Made by a program: the position numbers and the translations under genes
Shown here: one piece after another, positions 30,001 through 41,524 of the stretch
How the letters are laid out: each line of letters opens with the position of its first letter
Numbering within the stretch: position 1 is the stretch's first letter
Assembly: GCA_053919585.1 (NCBI GenBank)
Contig: CM132813.1
DNA from: Euprymna scolopes
Lineage: Eukaryota
DNA length: 64,000 bases
Strand: one strand, 5' to 3'
Notes under the pieces: model-generated
The model's input: only the letters and a program-made list of their open reading frames with translations
Databases searched by the model: none
Told to the model about the DNA's origin: nothing

Positions 30001-32074
30001 ATTCTAGATTTTCATTTCTAAATTAGACTGCATTCCCAATTCTAGATTTTCATTTCTAAATTAGACTGCATTCCCAATTCTAGATTTTCATTTCTAGATT
30101 AGGCTGCATTCCCAATTCTAGATTTTCATTTCTAAATTAGACAGCATTCCCAATTCTAGATTTTCATTATTCATTAGACTGCATTCCCAATTCTAGATTT
30201 TCATTTCTAAATTAGACTGCATTCCCAATTCTAGATTTTCATTTCTAAATTAGACTGCATTCCCAATTCTAGATTTTCATTTCTAAATTAGACTGCATTC
30301 CCAATTCTAGATTTTCATTTCTAAATTAGACTGCATTCCCAATTCTAGATTTTCATTTCTAAATTAGACTGCATTCCCAATTCTAGATTTTCATTTCTAG
30401 ATTAGGCTGCATTCCCAATTCTAGATTTTCATTTCTAAATAAGACAGCATTCCCAATTCTAGATTTTCATTTCTAAATTAGACTGCATTCCCAATTCTAG
30501 ATTTTCATTTCTAAATTAGACTGCATTCCCAATTCTAGATTTTCATTTCTAAATTAGACTGCATTCCCAATTCTAGATTTTCATTTCTAGATTAGACTGC
30601 ATTCCCAATTCTAGATTTTCATTTCTAAATTAGACTGCATTCCCAATTCTAGATTTTCATTTCTAGATTAGACTGCATTCCCAATTCTAGATTTTCATTT
30701 CTAAATTAGACTGCATTTCCAATTCTAGATTTTCATTTCTAGATTAGACTGCATTCCCAATTCTAGATTTTCATTTCTAGATTAGACTGCATTCCCAATT
30801 CTAGATTTTCATTTCTAAATTAGACTGCATTCCCAATTCTAGATTTTCATTTCTAAATTAGACTGCATTCCCAATTCTAAATTTTCATTTCTAAATTAGA
30901 CTGCATTCCCAATTCTAGATTTTCATTTCTAGATTAGGCTGCATTCCCAATTCTAGATTTTCATTTCTAAATTAGACAGCGTTCCCAATTCTAGATTTTG
31001 ATTATTCATTAGACTGCATTCCCAATTCTAGATTTTCATTTCTAAATTAGACTGCATTCCCAATTCTAGATTTTCATTTCTAAATTAGACTGCATTCCCA
31101 ATTCTAGATTTTCATTTCTAGATTAAGCTGCATTCCCAATTCTAGATTTTCATTTCTAAATTAGACTGCATTCCCAATTCTAGATTTTCATTTCTAAATT
31201 AGACTGCATTCCCAATTCTAGATTTTCATTTCTAGATTAGGCTGCATTCCCAATTCTAGATTTTCATTTCTAAATTAGACTGCATTCCCAATTCTAGATT
31301 TTCATTATTCATTAGACTGCATTCCCAATTCTAGATTTTCATTTCTAAATTAGACTGCATTCCCAATTCTAGATTTTCATTTCTAAATTAGACTGCATTC
31401 CCAATTCTAGATTTGCATTTCTAAATTAGACTGCATTCCCAATTCTAGATGTTCATTTCTAGATTAGGCTGCATTCCCAATTCTAGATTTTCATTTCTAA
31501 ATTAGACTGCATTCCCAATTCTAGATTTTCATTATTCATTAGACTGCATTCCCAATTCTAGATTTTCATTTCTAAATTAGACTGCATTCCCAATTCTAGA
31601 TTTTCATTTCTAAATTAGACTGCATTCCCAATTCTAGATTTTCATTTCTAAATTAGACTGCATTCCCAATTCTAGATTTTCATTTCTAGATTAGGCTGCA
31701 TTCCCAATTCTAGATTTTCATTTCTAAATTAGACTGCATTCCCAATTCTAGATTTTCATTATTCATTAGACTGCATTCCCAATTCTAGATTTTCATTTCT
31801 AAATTAGACTGCATTCCCAATTCTAGATTTTCATTTCTAAATTAGACTGCATTCCCAATTCTAGATTTTCATTTCTAAATTAGACTGCATTCCCAATTCT
31901 AGATTTTCATTTCTAGATTAGGCTGCATTCCCAATTCTAGATTTTCATTTCTAAATTAGACTGCATTCCCAATTCTAGATTTTCATTATTCATTAGACTG
32001 CATTCCCAATTCTAGATTTTCATTTCTAGATTAGGCTGCATTTTCATTTCTAGATTAGACTGCATTCCCAACTC
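1..32074. repeat. 38-bp tandem satellite array (~845 monomers) with ordered variant monomers; extends beyond window start
   Basis: Continuous repetition of TCTAAATTAGACTGCATTCCCAATTCTAGATTTTCATT. Recurrent variants: TCTAGATTAGGCTG, TTAGACAG, 37-bp ATTCATTAGACTG, CCCAACTCTAG, AGATATTC. The last repeat ends ...CATTCCCAACTC at ~32074. Confidence 0.99.
24370..31115. repeat. Tandem segmental duplication of 3373 bp inside the satellite
   Basis: Rare variants recur at a constant 3373-bp offset: AGTAGAC 24831/28204, ATTGCTA 25051/28424, TGCTAGA 25531/28904, AGACAGCGTT 27601/30974. Boundaries are approximate. Confidence 0.9.
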
Positions 32075-32079
32075 CTGTA

Positions 32080-33700
32080 CAAATACTAACATTACTCGAT
32101 TGTTATTGACTTGTGTCTTCTATCTTTGGGGTTTTGTTTATCGTTTTTATTGTTTGTCGTTTTTATTGTTTATCGTTTTTATTGTTTATCATATAATTAA
32201 GAAACCTTGAAGACAACTTTCTAAAGTTGATGAAAGAAAATAAAGAAAACTTGAAACTATTATGTAACACTATGTAAAGAGTAGCTTTTTCTTACATAAC
32301 AGGGGCTCTATGTCAATAGTGGGTAGTAAGATAGTATATTTTTTACATAGTGGTGCACTGTGTGCATGCCGTGATGGTACGGCAATTGGAAAACAGAATT
32401 TTATGTACTTTTACGAAGAGTATAATGTATACTTGTAATTTCTATGAATTCCTATAAATTAATACTTTACAAAATGGTTAAAAATAAAACTACATCAGTC
32501 ATTTATTTTTCAATAGAGATCAGGAAGGTATTGAAAATCAGACACAAAAGATTGGCCTTTGGAACCACCGTATCAGAATTACACCTCACACTGTCACCAT
32601 CATGGCATGGACGTTACACATGTTTGCTTGACACATAATCAAAATAAAGTGTCTGATGACTTCCGGTGTCTCTGACCAATTTCCGGGTTGGACCTTGCTG
32701 CAACCACTGCACTAATACCACCATTACTCGATTATTGTTCAACTATCATCATCTTCTTGTGTCTTCCTTCTGTGGTCTTTTGTTTATTTCACAACTCTTA
32801 GTTTTCCCATGGAAATTTAATTCGGACACCCTGAAAACCATTTCCTAATACTGATGACAAAAAGAAACAATTATTATATAACTTCGAAAACTGATGAAAA
32901 AATAAACATATAATTATTATATAACATCAAAAAATGATGAAAAAAATAAATATATAATTATGTAATTGCTAAGAGATTCTTCTCACATAAATAAAATATA
33001 TTTTTCCTTATATATTATACTAGCCCAGGTGCCCGGCGTTGCCAGGGTGCTTGTAGGTGTGTGTTGAGTAAAAAATAAAAAATGGTTATAGGTAGGCAAG
33101 CTCGAACCCGTACCTCGAAGGAGGAAAAGGATGTGAAACAAAACGTGACGTCTTTGCCGTTGCGTCCATCTCCAAACCGGAAGTGGCGAAGGTTTAAATT
33201 AATTCAATCTAAAAGAAGGGATGACTTGCGAAAATATAGGCGAAAAAAGCGACGCCTTCTTGTAGAAAAGTGCTCCGTTGAGGGTGAAAGAATTAATATT
33301 TGCAGCCAATTTTTCGATATTTGTCGTCCGAAGGATTGCACTTCAAAACGATACCTATATCGTGAAAATCCGTCGCCTATGTTGAATGTTTTAGGCAGAT
33401 ATACAAACATACATACATACAAACATACATACATACATTTAAACAGACAGGTGAGATTTATATAATAGATTTTCGAATAATATATAAGTCAATAGTTCAA
33501 TTATTTCACTATTTAATTTACGTTCGTTTGTACGGTATATAAAATACATTATAAATAAGATGAAAAGAGTAGCTTTTTATTAGATCTCAAATACCCTATG
33601 TCAATAGCGAGTCGGTCAGTTGGTGTAAATCTTGACATAGTACAGCATTGGGTGCATATTAAAATGACACGACATTTGAAAAAGAGAATTTTGTATTATT
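32080..33700 (+). repeat. Degenerate direct repeat pair abutting the satellite (copy 1 ~32080-32420; copy 2 ~32715-33700, split by a Helitron); possibly Penelope-type terminal repeats
   Basis: Shared blocks CATTACTCGATT..CTTGTGTCTTC..TTTTGTTTAT (32090/32723) and AAGAGTAGCTTTT..CTATGTCAATAG..GTGCAT..AGAATTTT (32277/33565). Confidence 0.6.
33020..33469 (-). mobile_element. Non-autonomous Helitron (family A), 450 bp
   Basis: Minus strand starts TCTATTATATA and ends with hairpin CCCTGGCAACGCCGGG plus CTAG. It sits in an A|T target and carries an internal (TATG)n tract. Confidence 0.85.
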
Positions 33701-33839
33701 TTATGTTACCTAAGGAGGATTATAATCAGGATATAGTGATAATTAACCTTATGTCTAGAATCCTTATTCTAATTTTGATAAACAATACATCATGTTAATT
33801 TTATTCTGGAAAATGTCTTAAATGTAAGGCTGAAGTTTA

Positions 33840-34200
33840 AGGGCTTAAGCTGACCTACTTGGCCTTTCAAATCAGAGGTTTTGAGTTCCAAGTCGGATGT
33901 TCATGGTGGCTAATTTTTCTGTCTAAATAGGCGAGACACTTGACATAGGTCTGAACTTGACAATACAATTTCTGTGGATTCGCAGAAAATTTATATTCTG
34001 GTGGAGTTTGTTTTGATTTGGTTGAGAGTTGTGTATGGTTGATGGTGTATCTCATTCTTCTTAATTAGACGTTCAAGGAAAATCTAATGCTCCGACGAGA
34101 ACAGCGTCATCAGTGCATAGCAAATTTCGAATGGTTTCTATGCCAATGCGAGATTCCGTTTTGAAACACTGGTTGTTGAAAGAGACCTCGAGTTGTCCGA
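33840..34200 (-). pseudogene. Possible decayed LINE reverse-transcriptase fragment
   Basis: IRNLLCTDDAVLV resembles the LLYADDxVL RT motif. It is followed by QV..AYLD...I*KAK, resembling the YLG/RI.KA region. Stops are present. Confidence 0.4.
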
Positions 34201-34828
34201 AACTGGGACTTGACCTAGTTGACCCTTCAAATGACAGGTTTTTAGCCCCTTTAAAATACTTAAAAAGAAGTGGAATTTCGAGAATATCTATTGATTCTTG
34301 TCTTTTCACAAAAAATGGGATATCTGTAGTTTCCTACCGCCATTTTTCTCTTTTTACATAAGATTAAATAAATTATACTCCACATTTAGGATCCTTATGT
34401 CTAAAACTGTGTTCCACAACTCATGACACGCTGTTCAATAGTTTAGGAGTGAATGTTTTACTTACAAAAATGTCAAAATTTATAAAATAAACATTAGTAT
34501 TGGATGGTACTATCACTTATTGTTCTACTTTCTATTAATTCAAAATATTTATGATTTTTTTAATTTCAATCAAGTTCACCGCAAACAAAGCATTCTGGCA
34601 CTATGGTATAAGGGGACTATTATTTAGGACCAGGTTTGGGGATGTGGGTGAAAAATTGATTTATATTACATCGAAAATTCTGCATGTTAGTACAGTAGGG
34701 AAACGGGTATTAGGAAGAGTTCCAAGGTCTATCATTCCGAATAGGGAAGAAACTATTTTTTCTTCCTTTGAAGATTGTAATGCTGGGTATGGGGCAGCCA
34801 AACCAGCTGCCAACATTGCCCCGCTTTT

Positions 34829-35029
34829 TTATTGAAACCAACCGAGAGCTCTTTTTAGTATCCTCGCTGTTCCCTTAAGTGCAATTGTCTGAATCTCTTT
34901 TGCACTTGGTTCACCAGGAATATTAGTTAGGTAGGACTGCAGGTTCTTCTTCATAAGTCCTGTGGCACCTATGATAACTGGTATGATCGATATCCCCTTT
35001 AGGTTCCAGTTTCTTTTCATATCATACAT
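34829..35029 (-). mobile_element. C-terminal fragment of a restriction-like-endonuclease non-LTR retrotransposon (R4/Dong-like)
   Basis: IIPVIIGATG...EIQTIALKGTARILKRAL matches the conserved PIVIGALG...LLGTARILR C-terminus. Confidence 0.75.
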
Positions 35030-35049
35030 AAGGCCTTAGCAGGCTTTGT

Positions 35050-35450
35050 GGCCTTTAAGGAGCTCAACCGTGAACGATGGGGTTTTACTGCTTGTAGCAG
35101 TAATTGGGAGTATTATGTCGAGGGGAACACGTACTAGGAGTTCATAGGAACGTAGTCCGTCACAGTAAAATAGGCACAAAGATATGACATTGCGGAGTTT
35201 TGCCGATACTGTGAGACCCATAGATTGGACACTCATTTTTAGACACTGTCTAAGAATAAGAGACTAGTAGTAAATGTTCCAGCCCAGATGTGGCAACAAT
35301 ACTCCATGCATGGACGAATGATGGCTTTGTAGAGGTACAGAATATACTCAAATGTGAGTCATCCTCTAACAATATAGTATCAGTACTAGAAAAATCTTCT
35401 TGCGTCACCAACATATTTTTTCTTTTATGAGGATACGAGGATCGTTTCAA
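35050..35450 (-). mobile_element. Decayed CR1/Zenon-like LINE ORF2 C-terminal fragment
   Basis: Minus-strand frames give ILYLYKAIIRPCMEYCCHIWAG and RNVISLCLFY..SYEL, homologous to the copy at 49880-50630. Confidence 0.8.
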
Positions 35451-35529
35451 AAGATACGTCTTCTATTCTTTTTTTACCCAAGAAAAGTTGAAGAGCTATG
35501 AAGACGAGCGTTGTAACATTAAAACGAGC

Positions 35530-35790
35530 ATTCTTTTGTCCTCCCGAATTTATTTCTCTACAGAGTCATCACCATTTTCAATGTAATTTTGTGTTGTTGG
35601 CTGTGCATGATCGTCCGGAGCACGCCTTTTCACTCACATCTCTGTTGCAACTCTAAAATCGACAAATCCATCTCCTAACTATGCTGATGTCAAATATGTC
35701 GGCTTTGTAAACGTTGAACAGGCGTCGGTGAATGTTTATCGGTTTTATTTTTCTGCATGAACGTAATTCAATGACTTCTTGTCTAGTAAA
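35530..35790 (-). mobile_element. Mariner transposase N-terminal HTH fragment (family distinct from the 37.5-39.7 kb copies)
   Basis: Minus translation IKPINIHRRLFNVYKADIFDISIVRRWICRF*SCNRDVSEKACSGRS fits the mariner IH.rL..VYG....stV.rW..rF..g...D..rSGRP pattern. Confidence 0.75.
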
Positions 35791-36064
35791 ATGATTTGAG
35801 AATACCAAGTGCTGTATGTGGTTTCCTCTCAAATCGATATTGTTTCCAATCGCACGGTTATGGGACAGATCATCTATACCAGTACAGCAGACATTAACAC
35901 AACAAACACAATAGAAATTTTCATTTATGCTTAAATTTGGGTTTTAAAATTTTTAAAGTAAAATATTCTTAGGTAAAGTTGAACAAGACTTAGAATTTTG
36001 ACACAATTTCTTCAATTTTTCAACTCTCACTGTGGTTTGATTCGCTTACACCTTCTTTTGAGTG

Positions 36065-36135
36065 ATGGTGGCGGGCGAAACAAAATTCACTCGAGAGCAG
36101 GATTTTGCCCACTGGTCGGAGGTTGCCGACCCCTG
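36065..36135. mobile_element. hAT (Charlie-like) DNA transposon terminal fragment
   Basis: GGATTTTGCCCACTGGTCGGAGGTTGCCGACCCCTG ends in a CAGGGGTCGGCAA-type TIR. No partner TIR was found. Confidence 0.55.
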
Positions 36136-36454
36136 ATCTATATCCATCTATTGTGACGTGCCTAAGCTAATTAGGTTCGTTGAAGAATGAGTGCCAACAG
36201 TAAATGTCCATTGTTCATAAATGGCGGGAACCAATTCCAAGTCGACAATGAATAATTCACTGCGAAGCAAAGAAAATCTAAGGAATACGTCACAACAGTA
36301 AATGCGACATCAAATGAAATAGGAAGGAAATGTAATGGGAATGAAATGCAAGAAGGGAGGGGATGAATGCCAATAAATCTAAGAAAACGATAAAAAAGAA
36401 TAATTTCATTATTATTACTAGCAAAAATATGCCTCAACGGCCGCGTATTTCTTG

Positions 36455-37510
36455 CTAGTCTAGGAGGAATTCATCATGAAAAACGAACATATATACATTA
36501 TCCTAACTAAGGTGGAGGTAACTCATGGAAAGATATCATGGTGTACGAACATACACTAGCCGACCCTTTCCCAAATATTAATGTATATAAGAATAGAAGC
36601 ATAACAAAACAGATATACCTATTCCACTGACACGTATACAAATGACCAAGCCGTGCCGTTTGGGTAACGTCACAGAAATAAATGGAGATATAGATATTGG
36701 ATCGGAGGAAGAAAAAGAAAAAATAGGAGACAAAGCGCGTGTCGGGGAGACAGAAACGCTTAACAAGATGTAGGACTCGTTAATCTTTCAAACCTTTGCA
36801 AGATTATTGGGCGGCCATGAACGCTCGGACAAATTACACACATAGCAGCTGGTTATAGCTGCAAACTAAGAAACTGTTAATTGACCCCGATAGAGGGGAA
36901 AGCAGGAATGCGACCATATTTTGTTGGCTTTGAAAATACCTGTCAGAGGCTTTGTGTTGAAACGACCGGCAATAAATACCTTTTCTTTCAACAGAAAAAA
37001 AACTCGTGTTTCTTTTTTTTTGTTTGTTTTTTGTTAGACTTTTATAGGCAATGTCGGATTTGGGTTATAAAATGTATTCACCACATTGCACAAATACTGC
37101 AATAACACCTCATCTAAAGGGAGTAGGTAATGCCTAGGAGGACTGTATTATGACGAACGAACACAGACTAAACGAGAACTTCTAAAATTAGATAATCACA
37201 TCGAGAATGATCTCATGACAAAACAGATAATACACTACCCTCTTAAACGATTAGATAATGCCTTGGATGATGGTTTAATGCATCATGACATATACTACAT
37301 TACTTCCCACAAAAACGATAATTCCTGGAAGGACTGTGTCATGAAGAACAAATATATACTACGCTACCCTCTCCAAATAAAGAGGTAATGCCTGGGAAGA
37401 ATTCATCTTTACGAACCAACAGACACTACACTACCCCAAATGAGGAAGTAATACGTAGAAGAATAAAAATTATAACAAGAAAACAGATACTACACTTAGC
37501 CCTCACCGAA
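36455..37510. repeat. Old degenerate ~63-bp minisatellite, interrupted by ~500 bp of unrelated sequence (~36580-37085)
   Basis: Recurring (G/A)TAATGCCT.GGA.GA..T.TCATGA.GAAC..A.ACTACACTACCC units at ~37126, 37190, 37254, 37317, 37384, 37449, with related units at 36455-36570. Confidence 0.7.
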
Positions 37511-37554
37511 AAAAAGAGTATACATTGTCTGAGCGGATGTTATCATGGCAGACA

Positions 37555-38393
37555 GAAGTAATCTCCCCCGGCTGCAATGCACTTGTTGCGCCGTTCGAAC
37601 AACTTCTGGACGGCCCCATGGAAGTCCTCTTTTGTGAGCGTGTCAATGATCCTCGTCACGGCCTCTTTCATCCTCTCAATTGTCTCACAACGCCAGTCTC
37701 TAATGAATAACAAAATTCTAGGGAATAACAAAATGTCACAGGGGGCAAGGTTTGAACTATAGAAAGAGTGAGGAACTGTCTTGATGCCCATCTTTGTCAA
37801 ATAGTCTGTGATATGGATGAAGTTGTGAACTTGTGCATTCTCGCAAATTTTCCGCGTCTTCAGTTCCTAACGAATAATAGTGTACAGTTCCCACACTGAC
37901 ATCAAACTGTGCACTTATCTTTATAGACACACGATGGTTCTTACGATTGAAATTTTATATTTAGCTATTCAACTCTGATATCCAGACTTCCTTGCTCCTC
38001 CTACACCTCTCATCATCCCTCACAGACTCCCTGCCTTCTTCGAATCTCTTATGCGACTCAAAAATTGATGTTTGATTCATGCTAGATGGTCCAAAAGCAG
38101 TCTAAAGCATTCCAACCGTTTCTGTGTCATTTATTCCAAGTTTAAAACAAATTTTTATTTTATATTGTTTTTCTAAAGTGTTCTCGGGTTTAGGTTGCAT
38201 TTTTGAAATTCACCAGCTGTGACAATCAGGCTTTCATAGAGTGTATTACAATTCCTTCTGAAGCCGTTCATTTGAACCTGAAATCACAAAAATTAGTCAG
38301 TCATATCATAAGAATATACTGCATTTTCAAGAGGCTACGACGATTTAAAATGACTGTATAAAACAAGTCTGAAATCTTATTGGAAGCACCTCG
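37555..38393 (-). mobile_element. Non-autonomous mariner element (3' TIR lost)
   Basis: TIR ...CTTATTGGAAGCACCTCG followed by TA at 38394. ORF remnant PHSFYSSNLAPCDILLFP..KCIAAGGDYF carries the YSPDLAP(C)D motif. Confidence 0.9.
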
Positions 38394-38554
38394 TATATTT
38401 GGTAGTTATGAAAAACTCAATAAGTTTAGCAAAAATGTTCTTATGGTCTACATATTTGAAGGTGTAATACTAAACAATAACGCATTTCCTCAGTTTACAG
38501 ACCGCGCTATATTAAAAAAAAAGAAGTTTCAAGTAAAATCCAATTACAGAATCG

Positions 38555-38860
38555 TTTTTTGAGGGGAGCTGACAAAAGGAAGGTGGACCTGCAAATTCAC
38601 TCTTGTCCGTTCGTCCGTTCGTCTGTTTGCACTTTTATCAATAACTACGCCTTCAAATCTTTTGAAATTTTGCACAAACATTAAACATGATATGCGTAAG
38701 AAAGTAACAAAACGGATTTACCGGGAAAACTCCGGTTGCCCCTTTAGGGCTGCCTTTAAGGCTAAAATGGCTAAAATTTACACTTTTATGCTTATAAAAC
38801 CTGAATTAATGCCTTGAATTTTTATAAAACTTTCTGAAAAGTTGTAACTGACTAATTTCT
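38555..38860 (+). mobile_element. Possible Helentron/DINE-1-like non-autonomous fragment
   Basis: T-run start, then a (GTCC/GTTC)n microsatellite and TGAAATTTTGCACA, an arrangement typical of DINE-like elements. Termini are not resolved. Confidence 0.35.
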
Positions 38861-38990
38861 ATATAATTTTGTTTGTCTATACTTCGCGATAACTCTTGGA
38901 TGTACCCCAGGGGATTTCAATGTATGATCTCTGTAAGCTATGACCTCTCTCTCACATTGGCAGGATCCCAAAAACGTCGGAAATCTAATA

Positions 38991-39745
38991 CGAGGTGCCT
39001 TAAATAAGTTTCCATACTTTTGTGTACAAACATTTAAAATTGTAGACACTTGAAAATTTAGTATGCTATTGTTGTACATCTTATGAGAGGACTAACCAAT
39101 TTTTATGATTTCACATGTTCAAATACACTCTACTAAAGCCTAATTGTCATAGCTGGTGAATTTCAAAAGTACAGTCTGGGCATGAGAACACTTTAGAAGC
39201 AATTTGAGAGGCATACGAGATTAAAGGAAGGCAGATTGTCTGTCAAGGATGAGAGGTGAAGGAAGTCAGAACACCAGAGTTGATTGGTCAAATAATGAAT
39301 TTCGTAGATAAAGACTGTCGTGTGCCTATAGACAATAAGTGCACAGTTTGATGTCAGTGTGGGAACTGTTCACAGAATTTTTCGCGAGAAACTGAAGATG
39401 AGGAAGATTTGCACGGGTGCGCAGAAAAGAAGATCACAAAGAAAGATGTTGCCATGGGCATCAAGACAGTTCCTCGCCCTCCCTATAGTCCAGACCTTGC
39501 TCCCTGTGACTTTTGCTTATTGCCTAAACTCAAGGAAAATTGAGGAGATGAAAGACGCTGTCACGAAGGCCATTTACATGTTCACACAAGAGGACTTTCA
39601 TGGAACATTCCAGAAGTTGCTGGAACGGTACAACAAGTGCACTGCAGCCGGGGGAGATTACTTCGAAGTGAACTAGAGTCTCACGTGTGTAGTATCACTA
39701 AAATGTACATACGAAAAAATCTGGAAACTTATTGAAGGCACCTTG
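38991..39745 (+). mobile_element. Internally deleted mariner element with both TIRs
   Basis: Left TIR CGAGGTGCCTTAAATAAGTTTCCA follows TA; right TIR is TGGAAACTTATTGAAGGCACCTTG. Transposase remnants: GTVHRIFREKLKMRKIC, PPYSPDLAPCDF, ERYNKCTAAGGDYFE. Confidence 0.92.
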
Positions 39746-39899
39746 AAAATCTCGCACTATTGAGGTTCTTATATGCCAAAATCCTACTGTCAGACTTTGG
39801 AATTCCCTCTCCCTGTTTCCTGTTTTCCTTACTGTATCAACATACAGAAGTTTAAATATAATCTGAACAGATATTTTGCTCTTAGCAATAACCTTTTTA

Positions 39900-40290
39900 A
39901 CTCCTAGACAGGGTCCAAAAAAGACTAAAATCTAATAGGTATAGCACTATCTACTAGGCTCCAACCTCTGTCGCATCGTAAAAATGTTGCATTTCTGTGT
40001 CTATTTTACAAGTACTTTAGTGGAATGTGATCTGATGAACTCACAGCACTTGTGCCTCCTAAATACCCCTGACTAACCCAAGCAGCAAAATTCCACGTGT
40101 TAACTGTTGAGGACCATAGATATCGGAAAACCTACCGTTAGACTCTGGAATGTTTTTTTTTACTGTACTAATATGCAGAGGTATAAATGCAATCTAAACA
40201 GATAATTTGCTTCTTAGCTATATTTGACACGACCCCAAACAGTGGCCTTTTGTGTTTTAAGTGGAAACATGCTTTTTGCGGGATGAAAAA
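39900..40290 (+). mobile_element. Decayed CR1/Zenon-like LINE 3' fragment
   Basis: LQPLSHRKNVAFLCLFYKYFSGM*SDEL from ~39959, homologous to LQPLSHRRDVANLSLFYRYFHGKCSSEL in ORF 50161. Confidence 0.8.
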
Positions 40291-40344
40291 CAGTACAAAA
40301 TAAAATAGTTATGATAAGGGTTAGTTAGTTTTTTTGTTTTTTTT

Positions 40345-40560
40345 TACAAACGAATCACCACTTATCAAGGCACAGAGGCCACTCCAGGATAAGGCTTAAA
40401 GAGTGTACAGTAGTCAAAAGGACAATATCATAGTAATTGTTAGTGTAAATTTGGTAAATTGGATTACTTAAGGGGAACGGCTCATCAAGAACTTGTTTAC
40501 ATTGGACTTGAAGACGACAATATTGTAGTCGACTGGAAAGCAGGTAAACGAAAGCGGGTT
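40345..40560 (-). mobile_element. 3' end of the same CR1/Zenon-like LINE, inverted
   Basis: The reverse complement GTCTTCAAGTCCAATGTAAACAAGTTCTTGATGAGCCGTTCCC..AAGTAAT and CTTATCCTGGAGTGGCCTCTGTGCCTTGATAA matches 50465-50620. Confidence 0.85.
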
Positions 40561-40956
40561 CTGGTTTGGGTTAATTAGAGGATCACATACTTACAGAACA
40601 TCGTTGGCTGAAACGTTGTGAGAATTACTTTCAAGATGCAAACAGTAGACCGAATAAGAAAATAAGAAAACTCAAAAGAATAAACAGTATTTTTCCGGTT
40701 TCATGCAGACGGATACCAAATGACTTTAAGATGCTAAGTAGCGGTACGGTAATCAACAAAAATTGGGAAATATGCTCGTAATTGAATTGAAAATAAAAAT
40801 TAATTTTACTCACAATGGTTTTCTTACTAACTTAATTTAGCAAATTGATGCGGCCTGGAAGTTTTTTTTTACCCTCATTTTTTTATTGCATGCATTTTTG
40901 TGTTTTTGCTAATCAAACTATTATTTAAATCAAAGAACGCTGATTAAACACCCTCC

Positions 40957-41040
<84 letters not shown>

Positions 41041-41372
41041 CATATCTATAAAAATGCTATTTACGACATATGTATATGCGTATACTTATATATGTGTGCC
41101 TAATATTTTGTATTATATATATATGTATATATATATATATTTATACCTACGTATATGCATTATATATATACAAATGTTTTATATGTATATACGTATAATG
41201 TATACACATATATGTCGAATAATATCTCTATATATATAAATTAATTTTTTCTCTTCATATATGTATACATATATGTATATATATGCAAAATGTTTTATAC
41301 GTATATACGTAAAATGTATATATATATGTATAAATACAAATCTCAGTCTATTCACACACGCACACAAACACG

Positions 41373-41438
<66 letters not shown>
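40957..41438. repeat. Compound (CA)n/(TA)n microsatellite and TA-rich low complexity
   Basis: Direct inspection. Confidence 0.95.
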
Positions 41439-41524
41439 CTAGCGGGCCGCCCGGTATTGCCCGATCGTAAAATACGCTTAAATATGATATTTTGATTAAT
41501 GCAGATTTCGTATTTATTATTATA

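Noticed and set aside
1-32074. CRISPR array (38-bp, partly palindromic repeat)
   Set aside because: Units are head-to-tail with no unique spacers, there are no cas genes, and the context is eukaryotic.
1-32074. Repetitive protein-coding region or telomerase repeat
   Set aside because: The 38-bp period shifts frame and contains stops, the ORF track is empty here, and there is no short G-rich telomeric unit.
33082-33465. 127-aa basic ORF
   Set aside because: Lies antisense within a non-autonomous Helitron, runs through a microsatellite and has no recognisable domain.
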